Below are positions 28,143 to 38,465 of a stretch of DNA of 64,000 nt, in pieces; position 1 is the first letter of the stretch, and each line of letters opens with the position of its first letter. The stretch spans positions 224,001 through 288,000 of the forward strand of contig JBHLKM010000001.1 in assembly GCA_048886685.1 (NCBI GenBank). The letters run 5' to 3'. A program made the translations under genes and the position numbers. The DNA comes from Candidatus Hodarchaeota archaeon (GTDB lineage: Archaea; Asgardarchaeota; Lokiarchaeia; Sigyniarchaeales; SOKP01). The notes below the pieces were generated by a model. That model ran no database searches, had not been told where the DNA came from, and saw nothing but the letters and a program-made list of their open reading frames with translations.

Positions 28143-28754
28143 ATGGCTAAAAAGAAAAAAGAAACTTGCCCATATTGTGGGAAGAGTTTTGCTTATTTAT
28201 CCCGTCATAAATGTAAGATAAAAGAAAGAATTGAAGGTTCCACGGATGAAAAATCAGAAGTGGAACGAAGAATCGAAAGAATAGAAGAAAAAAAGAAAGA
28301 GTTTAGCCGAGCATTACGTAAAAGTGAAAAAGATGTATTGAATATTATTAATCGAGAAAAAAATATTTATTTTAATGATCTTCTAAGGTTAGGTGATACT
28401 GAGTCTAATGAACTTGAGGAAATTTTAGAAGTCCTATCCTTACAATCAAAAATAAAAGTAAAGAGAGAGTTAGTTGATGCCTCTTGGACAAAATTCATTA
28501 GTTCAATTGAAGAAATAGATGTTAAAGTTGAAGCCGTTAAAATTGATAAAGAGCGCAAAGACTTTGTATGGAATATGTTTTCTAGACAACCCTGTTTTAT
28601 CTGTCCTTTTATAACTAAATGTAATGATACAAATTTAGACCAATTTAACCCATTTCAATGCCCTTGGTTAACCGAGTGGATTGAAACTACATCAAATGGT
28701 AAAGAATATAATATAAACTTTGATGAAATAGAATCACGATTACAAGATGTCTAA
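28143..28754 (+). CDS. TFE-beta / RPC34-like protein with N-terminal C2HC zinc finger
   Basis: Central winged-helix-like region; C-terminal PCFICP...C....NP..CPWL.EW Fe-S motif of the RPC34/TFE-beta family; CPYC..HKC at the N-terminus. Confidence 0.7.
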   Translation: MAKKKKETCPYCGKSFAYLSRHKCKIKERIEGSTDEKSEVERRIERIEEKKKEFSRALRKSEKDVLNIINREKNIYFNDLLRLGDTESNELEEILEVLSLQSKIKVKRELVDASWTKFISSIEEIDVKVEAVKIDKERKDFVWNMFSRQPCFICPFITKCNDTNLDQFNPFQCPWLTEWIETTSNGKEYNINFDEIESRLQDV

Positions 28755-29393
28755 TTATCTCTTTTGCAATCCAATAAGGTAAATTTCATTACTTTTTTTT
28801 TTTGAAGATCTTGGTTTAAAAGTTTTCAAAACTTTAAAATCGGCCTTAGTTTTTGTAACTAATTTGTTAAAATCAGATCCCTGAAAAGTTTTTAAAACTA
28901 AAATACCCTTATGTTTTAAAAGGACTTTTGAAAGATCAAGAACCTTATAACTAAGATTAACTTGGTTTAAATGGTCTGAGAATTTATTACCAATCTTTTT
29001 GATGGAAGCATCAGATAGTAATAAATCTATTTTTGTCTGAAAATAAGATTGAACCTTTTCAGTAAATTCAGGATTTGTGAAATCCATATTTAAAAAATCA
29101 ATGTTTTCAATCGGAGTTATTTTTTTAATATCAACGCCTAATATTTTGTAATGATCTCGATGGTAATACTGATCATTATATTTAGATATATTTTCCTCAG
29201 CAAATTTTTTAACAACTTGAAGCCAAGAACCTGGAGCAGATCCTAAATCTAAAATATAGAATGCTCTTTTAAAAATATTATATTTGTTTTGAATATCAAA
29301 TAATTTATATGCTGATCTTGCTCTAAATCCTTCTCTTTTTGCTTTGTGATAATATGAATCGCCTTTATGATTATTTGTCAAGATGATTCTCAA
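28755..29393 (-). CDS. rlmE: 23S rRNA 2'-O-methyltransferase RlmE/FtsJ
   Basis: RARSAYKL, LDLGSAPGSW, SDA, K.FQG, KP.SS...S.EIY. Confidence 0.92.
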   Translation of the reverse strand: MRIILTNNHKGDSYYHKAKREGFRARSAYKLFDIQNKYNIFKRAFYILDLGSAPGSWLQVVKKFAEENISKYNDQYYHRDHYKILGVDIKKITPIENIDFLNMDFTNPEFTEKVQSYFQTKIDLLLSDASIKKIGNKFSDHLNQVNLSYKVLDLSKVLLKHKGILVLKTFQGSDFNKLVTKTKADFKVLKTFKPRSSKKKSNEIYLIGLQKR

Positions 29394-29398
29394 TTCTA

Positions 29399-30643
29399 TT
29401 AATTTTTTAATTCTAATAACATATCTTTAATCGAAATTATATCCATATTCGTTTTAATCGATAAAAAATCAAAATGTGTTCTTGAAATTTTATAACCTCT
29501 TCCTTTAATAGACGCTAATATTGTAGTTAATTTTGGCACATTTGAAATTTTTAAGTTTTTACTTAAATTATGGATATTGTAATAAAAAGGGGGCATATTT
29601 ATCTCTTCTTGAATCAAATTTAATAATTTATTAATTTTTTTCTTATTTCTATATTGAAATTCTTGATTTAGAAGAATTAATTCATTTACAAATCTTAAAT
29701 CATGAATTTCATTTACCCAAAGAGGACCTGCGTATTGAATATGGTTAAAATTCATACAAACAGGACATTGATTAGGTAATCCTAAAATATTATCTCGAAA
29801 AGTTGATCGATATCCACAATTATTACAATATATTAAATACCCATAATCTTTAAAATACTGTGATATTTTTTTCCTATTTTTAAGGGTTAAACAGAAAACT
29901 CTTAAAAAGTGTGATGAATAGAATGTAAGTATTGGAATAATACCCATTTTGTTAACATTTGCAATTCTTGATATAAAGTATATTAATATGCGAGCACCAA
30001 TTTCTTTACAAAATTCAGTATGTAAAGGTTTAGACATATATTTTCGAATACAACTTTTTGGTCTGACGCCAAATAAAACTGCTGTATCAGTAGCAGTAAC
30101 GCATAATAAACCATCTACTTTTTGTATAGCTTTAAAAGCACCATCAATATATAGGTTAGGTGTCCCAAATGGATCAATTGAGATGACATTAGGTTTCTGT
30201 AGACTTTTTTGAGATGAAATATAAGAATATTGTGCAATCTCAGAAAATAAGAAATTGGCTTCTTTCCTAGACACTTCAATGTGAGCTGGATGATTAAACA
30301 TATTGTTTAAAGATAAATTTTTATTAATTAAATCAACGGCTGTTGGATTTATATCATTGATATAAATTTTTTTAACATTCGAGCAATCTTTTAGTATTCG
30401 AATAGAACTAATTCCTGAAGCAGCCATTGAATCTACAATTGTAAGCGGATTCTGGTTATATACTCTGCCGAACGCTATAATAGCTAAATTAGAAACATCT
30501 CTATTAATCTCCATTTTTTGATTATAAAATACCATCATTGATTTGGATGGAATCGAATCTTTATCAATAGTATGAATATAAAATTCGGCGTTTCCTTCTT
30601 TAATCGTACTTAGATTAAAATTCATTGATTCTTCTTTTTTCAT
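29399..30643 (-). CDS. trm1: tRNA (guanine26-N2)-dimethyltransferase
   Basis: VFYN..M..NRD, DPFGTP, VTATD, E.GARIL, GPLW, SRTHF. Confidence 0.93.
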   Translation of the reverse strand: MKKEESMNFNLSTIKEGNAEFYIHTIDKDSIPSKSMMVFYNQKMEINRDVSNLAIIAFGRVYNQNPLTIVDSMAASGISSIRILKDCSNVKKIYINDINPTAVDLINKNLSLNNMFNHPAHIEVSRKEANFLFSEIAQYSYISSQKSLQKPNVISIDPFGTPNLYIDGAFKAIQKVDGLLCVTATDTAVLFGVRPKSCIRKYMSKPLHTEFCKEIGARILIYFISRIANVNKMGIIPILTFYSSHFLRVFCLTLKNRKKISQYFKDYGYLIYCNNCGYRSTFRDNILGLPNQCPVCMNFNHIQYAGPLWVNEIHDLRFVNELILLNQEFQYRNKKKINKLLNLIQEEINMPPFYYNIHNLSKNLKISNVPKLTTILASIKGRGYKISRTHFDFLSIKTNMDIISIKDMLLELKN

Positions 30644-30703
30644 TTTTAATTTAATAATATTTAAAAAATAAATTAAATGTTGTAATTCTAATAATTGATT
30701 ATA

Positions 30704-31393
30704 TTACTGAAATCCATTTTCCGTTATTTTAGTCATGAAAGATATTTGTTTATCTTCAGGATGTTTTGTAAGAATAAATTTTCTCTTTTGTAATATTTCA
30801 GTACGTTCAATTCTTATATCTAATGATACCCAATATTCCATTACTTTGCCCCCACTTTGAATTTCTATTGGTTGATCATTCTCTCTGATTTGAACTTTTT
30901 CATTGACAACTAAGATATTTATGTTGTAAGATTCGTTTATATAGGAAAGATTTGCTAATATTTGATTTAAGTAATAATTTAAGTTGTAATTTTTATCTTT
31001 TCTTTCTCTGTTTAATTCTAATCGATATAGATCTGTAAGTGAATCGATTATAATTAGATTATAATGATTATTTGCTTCATTTAAATTTCTTAAAATTAAA
31101 TATTCTAAATTGAATACTATGTTGTGCAGATCATTAAAATTATCTGGTATAATAAAAGTAATTTTATCCAGAGCTTCTTTTGAATCTTTGAATATTCTAT
31201 TGACTTTTTCATAAGGAAACTTTGGTTTCGAATAGATATAAACAATTTTATTTCCATTTTTAATTGAGTTTAAGGAAGTCTGGATTGCAAATGTAGTTTT
31301 TCCAACACCAAAATCACCCCAAACGGAAATTATACCTTTAAAAAGAGGGATTCTTTTAAAATATTCATTTAATATTAAGGTTGGAAATTTCAT
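30704..31393 (-). CDS. RadB-like RecA-superfamily ATPase
   Basis: GDFGVGKT, LIIIDSLTDLYR, GGKVMEYW, LTKH. Confidence 0.75.
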   Translation of the reverse strand: MKFPTLILNEYFKRIPLFKGIISVWGDFGVGKTTFAIQTSLNSIKNGNKIVYIYSKPKFPYEKVNRIFKDSKEALDKITFIIPDNFNDLHNIVFNLEYLILRNLNEANNHYNLIIIDSLTDLYRLELNRERKDKNYNLNYYLNQILANLSYINESYNINILVVNEKVQIRENDQPIEIQSGGKVMEYWVSLDIRIERTEILQKRKFILTKHPEDKQISFMTKITENGFQ

Positions 31394-31437
31394 TTAATTA
31401 AAAATTATTAATTTTATTTAATATTATTAATTATAAT

Positions 31438-32280
31438 TTGAGAAATAAAATTTTATATGTATATACGGAGAATCTGAATTTTTTTTATAAATTAAATAGG
31501 GAACTTAATCGACTAAATATTAGGTTTAAAGTTTTAAGCGGATTATCAAAAATTCCAGACGTTTCCTCGTTACTTCTTACAACCTTTAAAGAATTTTATA
31601 ATTTTAAAGAGCATTATAAAAAGTTGAAAATTATCGCTTATGATGAAGAGGAAAATTTCAAATATTACATACTAAAAGTATTAGCGGCTTATAGGATAGG
31701 GTATAAGGATAATTATACCGACCTACTCTTTTCTATAGATCCAGGCTCTAAGAAAGTAGGATTAATTGTGTTTCTAGATGATTATTATTTTGATTCTCAT
31801 ACCTTTTATGATGAGAATATTCTCATTGATTTCATTAAAGAATATGTAAATTTTTTCCAAAGGGGTAACCCCAACTTGCTAAAGTTGACATTTAAATTTG
31901 GTAGCGGCGTTTTAATTTTAACCTCAAGGCTGATTGAAAGAGTTTTTAATGCATTCCAGGAAAGAAATGGATTAAAAATTTATTTAATTAATGAGTCAAA
32001 ATCCTCAAAAATTAAAATCCAAAATATAAAAAGGAGATTTAGAACTAAACATGAGATGTCTGCCTTGATATTAGCTCTTAGGACTGGTATAGAAGTTGAT
32101 AGTGTAGAATTCCTCAATTCCTTAAAACAAAGAAAAATACTAGATATAAACAATAGGAATGAGCATGAAAATTTATTAAAAGAAATTAATAGATCAGCTG
32201 AAGAAGTAAAAGATATAATCGAAAAAATAATAAATAATAATATCTCACTTAGCCAGTCTACTGAAATGTTAATTAAATAG
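31438..32280 (+). CDS. Hypothetical protein with an RNase H-like (YqgF/RuvX-like) domain
   Basis: SIDPGSKKVGL, G.G, INESKSS, HEMSALILALR. Confidence 0.5.
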   Translation: MRNKILYVYTENLNFFYKLNRELNRLNIRFKVLSGLSKIPDVSSLLLTTFKEFYNFKEHYKKLKIIAYDEEENFKYYILKVLAAYRIGYKDNYTDLLFSIDPGSKKVGLIVFLDDYYFDSHTFYDENILIDFIKEYVNFFQRGNPNLLKLTFKFGSGVLILTSRLIERVFNAFQERNGLKIYLINESKSSKIKIQNIKRRFRTKHEMSALILALRTGIEVDSVEFLNSLKQRKILDINNRNEHENLLKEINRSAEEVKDIIEKIINNNISLSQSTEMLIK

Positions 32281-32366
32281 ATATAAGAGAAATAGAAAAG
32301 ATCTGTAATTTGATAATCTTAGCTTAGTTAAAATATTCAACATTTTAAGTATATCTATTCCACAAA

Positions 32367-33509
32367 ATGACGAGTAATATCCCCATGAAATCGGTAAGAT
32401 TGAAAAGTATTGATATTTTTCGTGGATTATGCATGTCCTGGATGATTTTAACCCATTTAATAGATTGGTGGATAACATCAGAATATAGCTGGCTACATTC
32501 ACTTGCGATTATGATCTTTGATCCAATCGGTGCTTCAGGATTTTTATTTATTTCAGGAGTAAGTATAGCTCTATCATATAGAACAAGATTAAATAGGGTT
32601 AGAGCGTCAGAGAATTATACCTATCGAATGGTTAGAAATTCATATCTTTTTCGAGCACTTTTTATATTTTTAATAGCTTTAGTCTATAATATTCCAACCG
32701 CAATAGCTTTAAAAAACCCTTCTATGATTTGGACTTGGTTTGTATTATTGACTGCTGCTATCTCGCTCTTTTTAACTTGGCCCTTGTTAAAAACTTCTAA
32801 GCTCATTAGAATTGCCATTGCTATCACAATAATAGTCTTACATCTCTTTATTGTTTCATGGCTATTACCATTTCAAGGTAAAGCAAATATTTTTGGCTTA
32901 ATTTTTCATATTTTATATAATGATATTGATCAAGATCCTATTCTAATATTTTTTCCATTTTTCCTCATTGGAACTGTGATAGGGGATATAATCTATGATG
33001 TTATTATTTTGAGTACTGAAGAGAAAGAAATTACTAATTTCAAAAGAAAATTTTTAATCCCTATGCTACTAATTGGTTTTCCTTTAATAATTTCTGGAAT
33101 TTTCCTTAATATTCCTCGATTTTTAATAAGAGAAAGTCTATCTTGGATAATATATTCATTAGGAATTGATATTACTCTGCTATGTATATTAATCTCAATT
33201 GAGAAATTTAAGATTTTAGAGACAAAAAAGAGTTATAAATTCATTTTTTATTATTCCTATTATTCTCTGACTATTTACCTAGCACATAATTTGTTGTATT
33301 TTTTGCTGTTACATCAATTAAATTTAATAAGTATCTGGTTTTTTGCTGCAATATCTTTTTTTTCTATTGGATTTATCTTAAGGGCCATTTTTAAACGATG
33401 GGGAGAGAAAGCTTCCATTAAAGTTCAAATAGGCAGATTGAGTTTAGGTCTTGCAACTAAAATTGAGAAAAGATTAAATAAAAAACATAGTATAACAATT
33501 AAGAAATGA
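32367..33509 (+). CDS. DUF1624 / HGSNAT-family membrane acyltransferase
   Basis: RLKSIDIFRGL...MILTH, FLFISGVS, SLTIYLAH; multi-TM. Confidence 0.8.
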   Translation: MTSNIPMKSVRLKSIDIFRGLCMSWMILTHLIDWWITSEYSWLHSLAIMIFDPIGASGFLFISGVSIALSYRTRLNRVRASENYTYRMVRNSYLFRALFIFLIALVYNIPTAIALKNPSMIWTWFVLLTAAISLFLTWPLLKTSKLIRIAIAITIIVLHLFIVSWLLPFQGKANIFGLIFHILYNDIDQDPILIFFPFFLIGTVIGDIIYDVIILSTEEKEITNFKRKFLIPMLLIGFPLIISGIFLNIPRFLIRESLSWIIYSLGIDITLLCILISIEKFKILETKKSYKFIFYYSYYSLTIYLAHNLLYFLLLHQLNLISIWFFAAISFFSIGFILRAIFKRWGEKASIKVQIGRLSLGLATKIEKRLNKKHSITIKK

Positions 33510-34288
33510 AAGAAAGAATTGACGTAATTTTAGTAGATAAACGGTTAGTTGAAAGTAGAACTAAAGCACAATGGTTAATAACAAATGGTTACGTATTTGT
33601 TAATGGAAAAAGAATACTAAAACCTGGTAAAAAAGTAGATAATTCTTTAGAGATTACTTTAGAGAAAGAATTTCCATATGTGAGCCGAGGAGGATTAAAA
33701 TTAGAAGCGGCATTAAAGCAATTTTCAATTTCAGTTTCTAATAAATGTTGTGTAGATATAGGAGCATCAGTTGGTGGCTTCACAGACTGCCTTTTACAAA
33801 ATGGAGCAAGGAAAATATATGCTATAGACAAAGCTACGGATATTTTTCACCCCTCACTAAGATGTGAGAAAACAAAAGGAAAGATAATTCCAATGTTAGG
33901 GGTAGATGCTCGGAATATGTCAATTATAATCGAAGAAGTGGATATCTGCACGATTGATGTTACATTCGCATCACTAAAAACTATCCTTCTAAATATGAGA
34001 AAATTCATCAAATCTGATGGAGATATAATCGCATTAGTGAAACCGCTATTCGAAACAGATTTTAAAAATATGAAAAAATTTAAAGTAATTCGAGATCCCG
34101 AGCATCTTTATCAAATTTTAACAGATCTGAATCACTGGTGTCAACTAAACCACTTTTTTCCTTCTAATATTATTAAATCACCTATATTAGGTAAGGAAGG
34201 TTCAATTGAATTTTTAATTCATATAAAATTAAGAGATCCAGGGCTAATTAATGATTTCAACATGTTAATTAGGAATCTTTTGTTTTGA
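33506..34288 (+). CDS. tlyA: TlyA-family rRNA 2'-O-methyltransferase (S4 + FtsJ domains)
   Basis: ERIDVILV, YVSRGGLKL, DIGASVGGFTDCLL, LVKPLFE, SPILG.EG..EF. Confidence 0.9.
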   Translation: MKERIDVILVDKRLVESRTKAQWLITNGYVFVNGKRILKPGKKVDNSLEITLEKEFPYVSRGGLKLEAALKQFSISVSNKCCVDIGASVGGFTDCLLQNGARKIYAIDKATDIFHPSLRCEKTKGKIIPMLGVDARNMSIIIEEVDICTIDVTFASLKTILLNMRKFIKSDGDIIALVKPLFETDFKNMKKFKVIRDPEHLYQILTDLNHWCQLNHFFPSNIIKSPILGKEGSIEFLIHIKLRDPGLINDFNMLIRNLLF

Positions 34289-34333
34289 AAATATTTTATA
34301 ACGAAAAAAGGAATAACCGTTTTTCAATGAACC

Positions 34334-35521
34334 CTAAATAATAGGATATTCATTGAAAATCTTTCCCCATTCTGTTTGGTAAAATTTCTTAATTCTTCGT
34401 TTGCCTACTATTGGATACCATAGCATATCATGATATATCATAGATGCATAAGTGGGACCTAAAAAGAAGAGTTCACTGCGGAATAATGGATAAAGGAAAT
34501 GTAATGGTCCTTTTCGTACCATTTGATCTCCCCATATTACTATACTGCGTTTCACTTTAAAGTTCCAGTTAATATTTGAGACATCCTCTCCAATTATATC
34601 AATTTGATCAAAATCTCCACATCCAAGGCCTTCATCATGAGCCATTTTTATAGCTGGTAGTTTTAGTGGTTCAAATCCTAACATCCGAGCAACAACCGTA
34701 TCAACAGCAACTTGATCATATCCTGCAATTAAATAATTCTTTATACGAGGAATCATTGTTCTTGGTCCAGCTCCATCACCGCATACAGTTCCATCAACTA
34801 CTGAGAGAATATGTGGATGAATTTGCTTCTGGATAATTAAAAGATCTACTAAAACCTCGGACATATATTGATGTGAGAAATGTCTTCTTTTCGTTAAGAG
34901 TCCACCAAATGCATTTTTCATAGCGCATGTTATACCACCATGCTTTAATTCACCTTTAGTTTTTTTCAATTCACCACCTACAGCTCCTGTGTGACCGTGT
35001 GTTTTTATAGTAGGTAAGTGGATTATCGGTTTTCCAACATAAAACTCTGGAATATTAAATCCTTCGGGAAATATTTTTGAATCTAATGCGTGTAAACTTT
35101 TATTTTTTAGTGACAAAAAACTATTTTTTAAGTCATGATAGGGTACAAATTTAATTCTCGTTAATGGCACAAACCACACTCCATATTTCTTAATAATCCC
35201 ATTCCAGCGGTTCAAGTGAATGCCTTTACTTAAATTAGTAACAACTGTGCGGTTTTCAGCCGTAAAAAGTTTCTTAGGTTCGTAACCATCATCTATCATA
35301 GTTTTTAAGACACCCTCAACTTGCCAAGGTGGACTTGAACATGCAGGAAAGAACTTTGACCAACTTAGATTAAGTTTAATGATCGTTTTAAGCTCCTTCG
35401 GAAATCTATCTTGGTATTTTGCCATGTGCATAAGCTTAGCATAGTCTTCAAAAATGGATTTAGGGGAAGTTTTAATTACAAAAATTTGGGTTTTATCACT
35501 CATAACTATATTGTAAAACAT
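34334..35521 (-). CDS. DUF362 domain protein
   Basis: IIKLNLSW, HLPT.KTH, TCAMKNAFGG, DQVAVD. Confidence 0.8.
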   Translation of the reverse strand: MFYNIVMSDKTQIFVIKTSPKSIFEDYAKLMHMAKYQDRFPKELKTIIKLNLSWSKFFPACSSPPWQVEGVLKTMIDDGYEPKKLFTAENRTVVTNLSKGIHLNRWNGIIKKYGVWFVPLTRIKFVPYHDLKNSFLSLKNKSLHALDSKIFPEGFNIPEFYVGKPIIHLPTIKTHGHTGAVGGELKKTKGELKHGGITCAMKNAFGGLLTKRRHFSHQYMSEVLVDLLIIQKQIHPHILSVVDGTVCGDGAGPRTMIPRIKNYLIAGYDQVAVDTVVARMLGFEPLKLPAIKMAHDEGLGCGDFDQIDIIGEDVSNINWNFKVKRSIVIWGDQMVRKGPLHFLYPLFRSELFFLGPTYASMIYHDMLWYPIVGKRRIKKFYQTEWGKIFNEYPII

Positions 35522-36038
35522 GGATTACTTTATTTATTTTACTAATGAGATGAGAAATGTGTAAGACCTTATTCCATTTTTAAAATTTCTCATAACCATC
35601 TGTTTAAGACGTTTTACTCCCATCTGAGTTCCATATTTCTCTGATTTTTTATCTCCTTTTTATATTTATTTGGAGGTAGTTAATGCCACCTTTAATTGCC
35701 AATATCCCCCTGCTTATTCTGAAGTTTTTCAAAGTTAGCTATCATCAATTTATTATTATAAAATAATCTTATAGACTGATTAGCTACATTCTCGATTCTG
35801 TAACTCTTGTTCTAAAACCATATATTAACAACATAGTTAGTATGATAAAAATCCTAAAAGGTTTCTTCGATGAGCTAATCATGTGGATCGAATTGTAGGT
35901 TCGAATCCCTTGCTCGAGTATTTTCTAAATATTCTTTTTAATTCATTGTAATATTTTGACAAATTTAATGAAAAAAAGAATATAAATTAGTATTGAACGC
36001 TTATACTATTTAATAATTTCTTAATTAATTACAAATTT

Positions 36039-37244
36039 GTGATTTCAATATCGAATATACAACTATATACTGAATCAGATACTATTGAACATGTAAAATC
36101 TTTAGCATATAATCGAGGTGCTACAACTACGGGAGAAACAGAGGCATTATATTATATAGAAAATGCGTTAATGGAAGAAGATATTAAATCAAAGGTTGAA
36201 CATTTTGATTGGATTGGCCCCATGAGGATATTGATGAGAATGAGCTATGTCTTTATCTTAAGCTATTTAATTCTTTTTCGCTTATTTTTAGTGATTATCG
36301 CCTATTTTCTTATAAAAAATTTCTTTGAAAGAACACGAAATTTAACCTTGGTAAATAAGGAGGAATCAAAAAATATCTTTACCAAAATATTATCTAAAAA
36401 CCAAACCAAAAATCGTCCATTAGTTATATTTACTGCTCATTATGATTCAATTTCTCTGAATCTTCCTTACAAGATACAAGTTATATTATTCTTTATATAC
36501 AGACTTATAATCTTATTCTATATTTTAGTTATTATAACTTTTTCAACATTATTTATTCTTGATTTTTTAAACATCGTTCCTCTATCGAATCTTATTATTG
36601 TTTTAATAATTTTTACAACAATCATCGGAGTATTCATTTCAATTCCGATACTTTTTTTGGTTTTCAGTGAAAGTCCTTCGTCTGGATCAATTGACAATGC
36701 AAGTGGAGTCGCAATTTTAATTGAACTAGCAAAATTATTTAAAAAAAATCCACTTAATAACATGGATCTTTTATTTATATGGACTGGAGCTGAAGAATGG
36801 GGTATGAAAGGCTCAAGAAACTTTTGTAGAAATCATTTTGAAAGTTTAATGGATGACTATGATTTGGATAGATCTTATTATATTAATATTGATATGGTGG
36901 GATCATACATTGGTCTTCTAAATAAAACAGGATTTATTATTAGACGAGAAATAAATCAGGATTTGAATAAGAATTTTGAAGCTACAGCAAAAAAGTTAAA
37001 GATCCCTCTAATTAAATTCAATAAAATTATTAAACCGAACAGCGATAACAGAATGTTCAAAAGATATGCTCGCCGTAAGAGAACAAAATTACAAATAAGT
37101 TGTTTTCATTCAGATAAAGATTCAAAGTTCATACATTCTTTAAAAGATACACCTGATAAATGTTCTATTGAAAATCTAAATGGGTGTTTAAATATCTGTT
37201 CCCAATCTTTAAGGAGCATTGATCTAATATTAGAAAAGCTGTAA
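36039..37244 (+). CDS. Membrane-embedded M28 family peptidase
   Basis: AHYDS, DNASG, GAEEWG, INIDMVG, IHS..DT; inserted TM helices. Confidence 0.85.
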   Translation: MISISNIQLYTESDTIEHVKSLAYNRGATTTGETEALYYIENALMEEDIKSKVEHFDWIGPMRILMRMSYVFILSYLILFRLFLVIIAYFLIKNFFERTRNLTLVNKEESKNIFTKILSKNQTKNRPLVIFTAHYDSISLNLPYKIQVILFFIYRLIILFYILVIITFSTLFILDFLNIVPLSNLIIVLIIFTTIIGVFISIPILFLVFSESPSSGSIDNASGVAILIELAKLFKKNPLNNMDLLFIWTGAEEWGMKGSRNFCRNHFESLMDDYDLDRSYYINIDMVGSYIGLLNKTGFIIRREINQDLNKNFEATAKKLKIPLIKFNKIIKPNSDNRMFKRYARRKRTKLQISCFHSDKDSKFIHSLKDTPDKCSIENLNGCLNICSQSLRSIDLILEKL

Positions 37245-37308
37245 AAGAAAAAAGAAAATTGAAAAAAATTTCCTAAAAAAAGGTAAAAAATGCGATTGAT
37301 TGCATAAA

Positions 37309-38421
37309 TTAATCTGAAATATACGTCATACCTTTGTAAGATTTTTTTTCGTCCTTAAAAGGTAAACACATTATATAATGGTCACCACCCAGATGGATTT
37401 CCCTTGGGTCTTCTATACCACATCCTACATGTTTGTCTTTTTCTTGACACCTAGGATGAAAGGGACACCCTTCTGGTGGATTAATTGGGCTGGGGACATC
37501 TCCTTCTAATATTATCCTGTTTGCTCTTGAAGAAGGATCGAATGTAGGTCGAGCTGATAATAAAGCTCTTGTGTATGGATGTGTTGGATTATAGAAAACC
37601 TCATCAATTGTACCCGTTTCCACGAACTTACCCAAGTACATTACTGCGATTCTATCAGCGATATGTTGTATCACACTTAAATCGTGAGTTATAAAAAGAT
37701 AGGATAAATCAAATTTATCTTGAAGTTCTTTTAATAAATTTAAAATTTGAGCTTGAACGGATACATCAAGAGCGGAGGTTGGCTCATCTAGGATAATCAC
37801 TTCAGGATTACAAGCTAATGCTCTAGCAATTACAATCCTTTGTTTTTGACCACCAGAGAATTCATGGGGATACCGATCTAAATGCTCAACTTTCATTGAT
37901 ACTACTTCTAAGATTTCAGTAACTCGTTTCCGAATCTTTCTCTTTTTTTTCATTCCTAGGAGAATTCTTAAAGGTTCCCCAATAATTTTAACCACTTTCC
38001 AGCGAGGATTTAAGGAAGAGTCAGGATCTTGAAATACCATCTGTATCTTTTTGCGAAGTTGCTGGGTATATTTAATAGCCTCGTCTATATCAATACTAGT
38101 AGTATCCTGTTCTTCTTTTTTTATGTCCTTTTTACTCTGTGTTACTATTTTTTTATCTTCAAAATAGACCTCTCCAGAAGTGCTATGAACCAGATTTAGA
38201 ATGGTATTTCCAATAGTAGTTTTGCCACAACCGCTTTCTCCTACTAACCCTAATGTTTCTTTTCTATAAAGATTAAAAGTAACGCCATCAACGGCTTTTA
38301 CATCACCTATTTTTCTCTTAATCAATCCACCTAATATGGGGTAATATGTTTTAAGATTTTTTACGGAAATAATGACGCTTCTCTTCCCTTTATTATCAAT
38401 TTTTTCTTTGACTTCAGACAT
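37309..38421 (-). CDS. oppF: Oligopeptide/dipeptide ABC transporter ATP-binding subunit
   Basis: GESGCGKT, FSGGQKQR, DEPTSALD, HPYT, C-terminal GCPFHPRC. Confidence 0.92.
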   Translation of the reverse strand: MSEVKEKIDNKGKRSVIISVKNLKTYYPILGGLIKRKIGDVKAVDGVTFNLYRKETLGLVGESGCGKTTIGNTILNLVHSTSGEVYFEDKKIVTQSKKDIKKEEQDTTSIDIDEAIKYTQQLRKKIQMVFQDPDSSLNPRWKVVKIIGEPLRILLGMKKKRKIRKRVTEILEVVSMKVEHLDRYPHEFSGGQKQRIVIARALACNPEVIILDEPTSALDVSVQAQILNLLKELQDKFDLSYLFITHDLSVIQHIADRIAVMYLGKFVETGTIDEVFYNPTHPYTRALLSARPTFDPSSRANRIILEGDVPSPINPPEGCPFHPRCQEKDKHVGCGIEDPREIHLGGDHYIMCLPFKDEKKSYKGMTYISD

Positions 38422-38465
38422 TTTTCTATTTTGATTTTATTTTTGATCGATATTTAGTTTTATTA

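Noticed and set aside
35770-35920. Intact tRNA-Tyr or tRNA-Sec gene
   Set aside because: The T-stem pairs poorly, there is no D arm or complementary acceptor 5' strand, and no valid BHB
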